Source: an uncultured delta proteobacterium | GTDB taxonomy: Bacteria > Desulfobacterota > Binatia > Binatales > Binataceae | DNA: 64,000 nt | Assembly: GCA_963842085.1 (NCBI GenBank) | Contig: CAWJET010000001.1 | Location: 2,048,001-2,112,000, forward strand | Direction: 5' to 3' | The notes under the pieces: generated by a model | Databases searched by the model: none | What the model saw: only the letters and a program-made list of their open reading frames with translations | Told to the model about the DNA's origin: nothing | Part shown: positions 60,006 through 64,000 of the stretch, piece after piece | Layout: each line of letters opens with the position of its first letter | How positions within the stretch are numbered: the first letter of the stretch is position 1 | Position numbers and translations under genes: made by a program

Positions 60006-60021
60006 TGGACTGGCGAGTCCA
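60006..60021. promoter_or_regulatory. Candidate TetR operator
   Basis: Perfect inverted repeat TGGACT-GGCG-AGTCCA in the tetR/mdtA intergenic region. Confidence 0.55.
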
Positions 60022-60082
60022 AAATTGCAACAATAGACCTATGAGCGGCGTTTGCTAGTTTGGAGAAGGCGGCAACGAGAAC

Positions 60083-61324
60083 ATGATGGATTCAGACGGT
60101 CCGACGACCGGAAAGCCCAGTGCCTCGCGATTTATGCAGGACGCCGAAGTGCCCAGTTGGCTTGACAAAGCTATGCAACGATGGCGGTTGTGGTTGGTCG
60201 TTCTCATCGTCGCGGTCGCGGGTATCTACTATTTCAGCGGCCGAAGCGCCACTGATTCTTCCACGGCGGCCTCTCCAACCGCGGTACATATTGTTCCGGT
60301 CGCGGCAGTGCCGGCGAAGCTCGGCGATCTGAAGCAGTACATATCTGCGATCGGAACGGTGACTCCCTACAACACGGTCACCGTAAAGAGCCGGGTGGAT
60401 GGACAGCTCGACAAGGTAAACTTTAAAGAGGGACAAATGGTAAAGGCCGGCGACCTGCTGGCTGAGATCGATCCGCGTCCGTACCAGGTGGCGCTGACCC
60501 AGGCCGAAGGTACGCTCGCCAAGGATCAGGCGTCGCTCGAAAACGCCAAGCTTCAATTCGCACGCGACCAGGAACTCTACAATCAAAAGGTTCTCGCACG
60601 TCAGGACCTGGACAACCAGCAGGCGCTGGTTGGGCAGTACGCCGGCGCGATCGAGAGCGACAAGGGCGCGGTGGATAACGCCAAGCTCCAACTGACTTAC
60701 AGCCACATCACGTCGCCGATAACAGGGCGAGTTGGGCTCCGGCTGGTGGACCCGGGCAATATCATTCATGCGACCGACGCGACGGGACTCGCGGTGATCA
60801 CGCAACTGCAGCCGATCGCGGTTGATTTCAGCATTCCGGAGGACGACCTGCCGAGCCTCGAGACCGCGATGAAGACCGATCCTCACTTGCCGGTCGAGGC
60901 TTACGATCGCGACCTCAAGCACAAACTCGCGGAGGGAAATGTGCTCACGACCGACAACGAGATCGATCAGTCGACCGGCACGATCAAGCTGAAGGCGGCC
61001 TTTCCCAATGAGGACAACGCGCTGTTTCCAAATCAATTCGTCAACGCGAAGCTGCTCGTCAATACCCTGCAAAATGCGATTCTGATTCCGGCGGCGGCGG
61101 TCCAGCGCAGCCAACAGGGCTCGTTTGTTTATGTCGTCAAACCCGATCACACCGTCGAGATGCGTCCGGTGACGGTAGGCGCAACCCAGGGCGAGGTGGT
61201 CGCGATAGACAAGGGTCTTGCCGTCGGCGACCTGGTGGTGACCGACGGCGTGGACAAGCTGCAACAAGGATCGCATGTGAGTGTGCAGACGGCGGCAATT
61301 CCGCCTGGGAGCACCACTCCTTGA
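60083..61324 (+). CDS. mdtA: RND efflux membrane fusion protein (MdtA/MuxA)
   Basis: [33 protein letters not shown]. Confidence 0.92.
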   Translation: MMDSDGPTTGKPSASRFMQDAEVPSWLDKAMQRWRLWLVVLIVAVAGIYYFSGRSATDSSTAASPTAVHIVPVAAVPAKLGDLKQYISAIGTVTPYNTVTVKSRVDGQLDKVNFKEGQMVKAGDLLAEIDPRPYQVALTQAEGTLAKDQASLENAKLQFARDQELYNQKVLARQDLDNQQALVGQYAGAIESDKGAVDNAKLQLTYSHITSPITGRVGLRLVDPGNIIHATDATGLAVITQLQPIAVDFSIPEDDLPSLETAMKTDPHLPVEAYDRDLKHKLAEGNVLTTDNEIDQSTGTIKLKAAFPNEDNALFPNQFVNAKLLVNTLQNAILIPAAAVQRSQQGSFVYVVKPDHTVEMRPVTVGATQGEVVAIDKGLAVGDLVVTDGVDKLQQGSHVSVQTAAIPPGSTTP

Positions 61325-64000
61325 ATCCTTCGCGCCCGTTCATACTGCGGCCGGTTGCGACCTCGCTGCTGATGGTCGGACTGATGCTGGCGGGGCTCGT
61401 TGCCTACGAACAACTGCCCGTGTCGGCGCTGCCGCAGGTGGACTATCCGACCATCCAGGTCATGACGTTCTACCCGGGCGCGAGTCCGGACGTAATGGCG
61501 TCATCGGTAACGGCGCCGCTCGAACGGCAATTCGGAGAGGTGCCGGGGCTCACGCAGATGACCTCGAACAGCTCGTTCGGCAGCTCGGTCATCACGCTGC
61601 AGTTCGATCTCAACCTGAATATCGACATCGCCGAGCAGGAGGTGCAGGCGGCGATCAACGCAGCCGCGACCTACCTGCCGGCGGATCTGCCGAACCCGCC
61701 CGTTTACAGCAAGACGAATCCGGCCGACGCGCCGATTCTGACGCTGGCGCTGACGTCGAAGGAACTGCCGCTGGACCAGGTCGAAGACCTGGCCGACACG
61801 CGCCTGGCCGAGAAGATCTCGCAACTGCCCGGCGTGGGCCTGGTGAGTATCGGCGGCGGCCAGAAACCTTCGGTCCGCATCCAGGCTAATCCGACCGCGC
61901 TCGCGTCGTACGGTTTGACGCTCGAGGACCTGCGCACGGCGATCGCCAGCGCCAACGTCAACGAGGCCAAGGGCAACTTCGACGGTCGGCAGCAGGCGTA
62001 CACGATCGGCGCCAACGACCAGTTGCTCACGGCCAAGGACTACATGCCGCTGGTCGTCGCGTATCACAACGGCGCTCCGGTCAAGCTGAGCGACGTCGCC
62101 AACGCGATCGACGACGCCGAGAACGTCCAGCAAGCGGCGTGGATGGACCTGACGCCGGCGGTGATCGTCAACGTTCAGCGCCAGCCTGGCGCCAATATCA
62201 TCGCGGTCGTGGACCGGATCAAGGCCCTGATGCCGCGTTTGCAGGCCTCGCTGCCGTCGTCAGTGAAGGTCTCGATCCTGACCGATCGCACCACCACCAT
62301 TCGCGCGTCGGTAGAGGACGTGCAGTTCGAGCTGATGCTGACGGTAGCGCTGGTGGTGATGGTCATCTTCCTGTTTCTGCGCAGCCTGTCGGCGACCATC
62401 ATTCCCAGCATCGCGGTTCCGCTCTCGCTGATCGGAACGTTCGGCGTGATGTACCTGCTCGGCTACAGCCTCGACAACCTGTCGCTGATGGCGCTTACGA
62501 TCTCGACCGGCTTCGTGGTTGACGACGCGATCGTGATGATCGAAAACATCTCGCGCTTCATCGAGGAAGGCGACGCGCCGCTGACGGCCGCGCTCAAGGG
62601 CGCCGAGCAGATCGGCTTCACGATTATGTCGCTGACCATTTCGCTGATCGCGGTGCTGATTCCGCTGCTGTTCATGGGCGATATCGTCGGCCGCTTGTTC
62701 CGCGAGTTCGCGGTCACCCTCGCGGTGACGATCCTGATGTCCGCGGTGGTTTCGCTGACGCTGACGCCGATGATGTGCGCGAAGCTGCTGCGGCATACGC
62801 CCGAGCGCGAGCAGACGTGGTTCTACCGCAGGTCGGAAAAGGTATTCGACGACACCATCGGATTTTACGGCCGGACGCTCGAATGGGTTCTCGAGCACGA
62901 AACCGAAACGCTGATGGTCGCGATTGCCACGCTGGTCCTGACGATCGTGCTCTACATCGTCGTGCCCAAAGGATTCTTCCCGGTGCAGGACACCGGCGTT
63001 ATTCAAGGCGTTTCCGAAGCGCCGCAGACCGTATCGTTCGCCGCGATGGTGCGCGGGCAGCAGGCTTTGGCACGGATCATTTTGCAGGACCCGGCGGTCG
63101 AGAGCCTGTCGTCATTTGTCGGGATCGATGGCACCAACACCACGATTAACAGCGGACGGATACTGATCAATCTGAAACCCCTCGAACAGCGCAAGGTGGA
63201 CATCAGCACGGTCATCGACCGCTTGCGACCCAAGCTGGCGACCGTAAATGGGATGACGCTCTTTTTGCAGCCGGTGCAGGACCTGACGGTCGAAGACCGC
63301 GTCAGCCGGACGCAGTATCAGTACAGCCTCGAAGATCCGAACGCCGCCGAACTGAATCTCTGGACCGCGAAGCTGGTGGACCAGCTCAAGACCATCCCCG
63401 CGCTGCGCAACATCGCCACCGACCAGCAGAACGACGGCCAGCAGGAGCATATCGTCATCGATCGGCTGACGGCTTCGCGCCTGGGTATCTCGCCCAATCT
63501 GATCGACAACACCCTCTACGACGCCTTCGGACAGCGGCAGGTGTCGACGATTTTCACGCAGTTGAACCAGTATCACGTGGTGCTCGAAGTGGCGCCGGAG
63601 TTTCAACGCAGTCCGCACGCGCTTGACGACATCTATATTCGCTCGAACACCGGCGGCGAGGTGCCGCTGAGCGCCTTTACCCACTTCGAGGCGGGCCCGT
63701 CGCCGCTGGTCGTCAACCACGAGGGCCAGTTCCCGGCGGTTACGATCTCGTTCGACCTGGCGCCGGGCTACTCGCTGGGCGACGCGGTCACCGCGATCGA
63801 CAATGCGCGCCAGGAAATCGGAATGCCCGAAAGTATCGCGGCTTCGTTCCAGGGCACCGCGGCGGCGTTTCGGGCGTCGTTGACCAACGAACCGCTGCTG
63901 ATCCTGGCGGCCCTGGTCACCGTGTATATCGTGCTCGGAGTTCTGTACGAGAGTTATATCCACCCGATCACGATTCTCTCGACCCTGCCGTCGGCGGGCG
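61321..64000 (+). CDS. mdtB: RND efflux permease (MdtB/MuxB), 3'-truncated by the window edge
   Basis: TTG start [18 protein letters not shown]; [47 protein letters not shown]. Confidence 0.93.
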   Translation, partial: MNPSRPFILRPVATSLLMVGLMLAGLVAYEQLPVSALPQVDYPTIQVMTFYPGASPDVMASSVTAPLERQFGEVPGLTQMTSNSSFGSSVITLQFDLNLNIDIAEQEVQAAINAAATYLPADLPNPPVYSKTNPADAPILTLALTSKELPLDQVEDLADTRLAEKISQLPGVGLVSIGGGQKPSVRIQANPTALASYGLTLEDLRTAIASANVNEAKGNFDGRQQAYTIGANDQLLTAKDYMPLVVAYHNGAPVKLSDVANAIDDAENVQQAAWMDLTPAVIVNVQRQPGANIIAVVDRIKALMPRLQASLPSSVKVSILTDRTTTIRASVEDVQFELMLTVALVVMVIFLFLRSLSATIIPSIAVPLSLIGTFGVMYLLGYSLDNLSLMALTISTGFVVDDAIVMIENISRFIEEGDAPLTAALKGAEQIGFTIMSLTISLIAVLIPLLFMGDIVGRLFREFAVTLAVTILMSAVVSLTLTPMMCAKLLRHTPEREQTWFYRRSEKVFDDTIGFYGRTLEWVLEHETETLMVAIATLVLTIVLYIVVPKGFFPVQDTGVIQGVSEAPQTVSFAAMVRGQQALARIILQDPAVESLSSFVGIDGTNTTINSGRILINLKPLEQRKVDISTVIDRLRPKLATVNGMTLFLQPVQDLTVEDRVSRTQYQYSLEDPNAAELNLWTAKLVDQLKTIPALRNIATDQQNDGQQEHIVIDRLTASRLGISPNLIDNTLYDAFGQRQVSTIFTQLNQYHVVLEVAPEFQRSPHALDDIYIRSNTGGEVPLSAFTHFEAGPSPLVVNHEGQFPAVTISFDLAPGYSLGDAVTAIDNARQEIGMPESIAASFQGTAAAFRASLTNEPLLILAALVTVYIVLGVLYESYIHPITILSTLPSAG

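Overview
GC-rich bacterial chromosomal window with two parts. (1) 1-13132 is the right end of a tRNA-Val(CAC)-integrated defence island. It carries a type I-G (I-U) CRISPR-Cas locus (partial csb2 with two Cas6-like modules, cas2, cas4-cas1 fusion, leader, and an array of 82 repeats/81 spacers by manual count), a Dam-like methyltransferase with a small PD-(D/E)xK nuclease, and an AbiEi/AbiEii toxin-antitoxin pair. It ends in TGTGCCC arm-type repeats and a 45-bp tRNA 3' fragment (attR). (2) The rest is core-like chromosome: a Met-rich secreted protein with an MsrPQ-like module, Memo, Rieske, RlmD-like, large NAD-GDH, nagA/anmK, a 10.5-kb vWA/FHA/Ser-Thr kinase/pseudokinase-PP2C operon, gnd-zwf-fbp-glk-fbaB, selB plus a selenocysteine-containing selD, AsmA, M20 peptidase, CinA, TetR and an mdtAB-like RND pump (partial). 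The best candidates for undescribed biology are the phospho-signalling operon, four of whose proteins share a T-x-x-[LI]-x-P motif, the Met-rich protein/MsrPQ-like module, and the 16-nt first CRISPR spacer. All assignments come from manual motif reading; no database searches were run.
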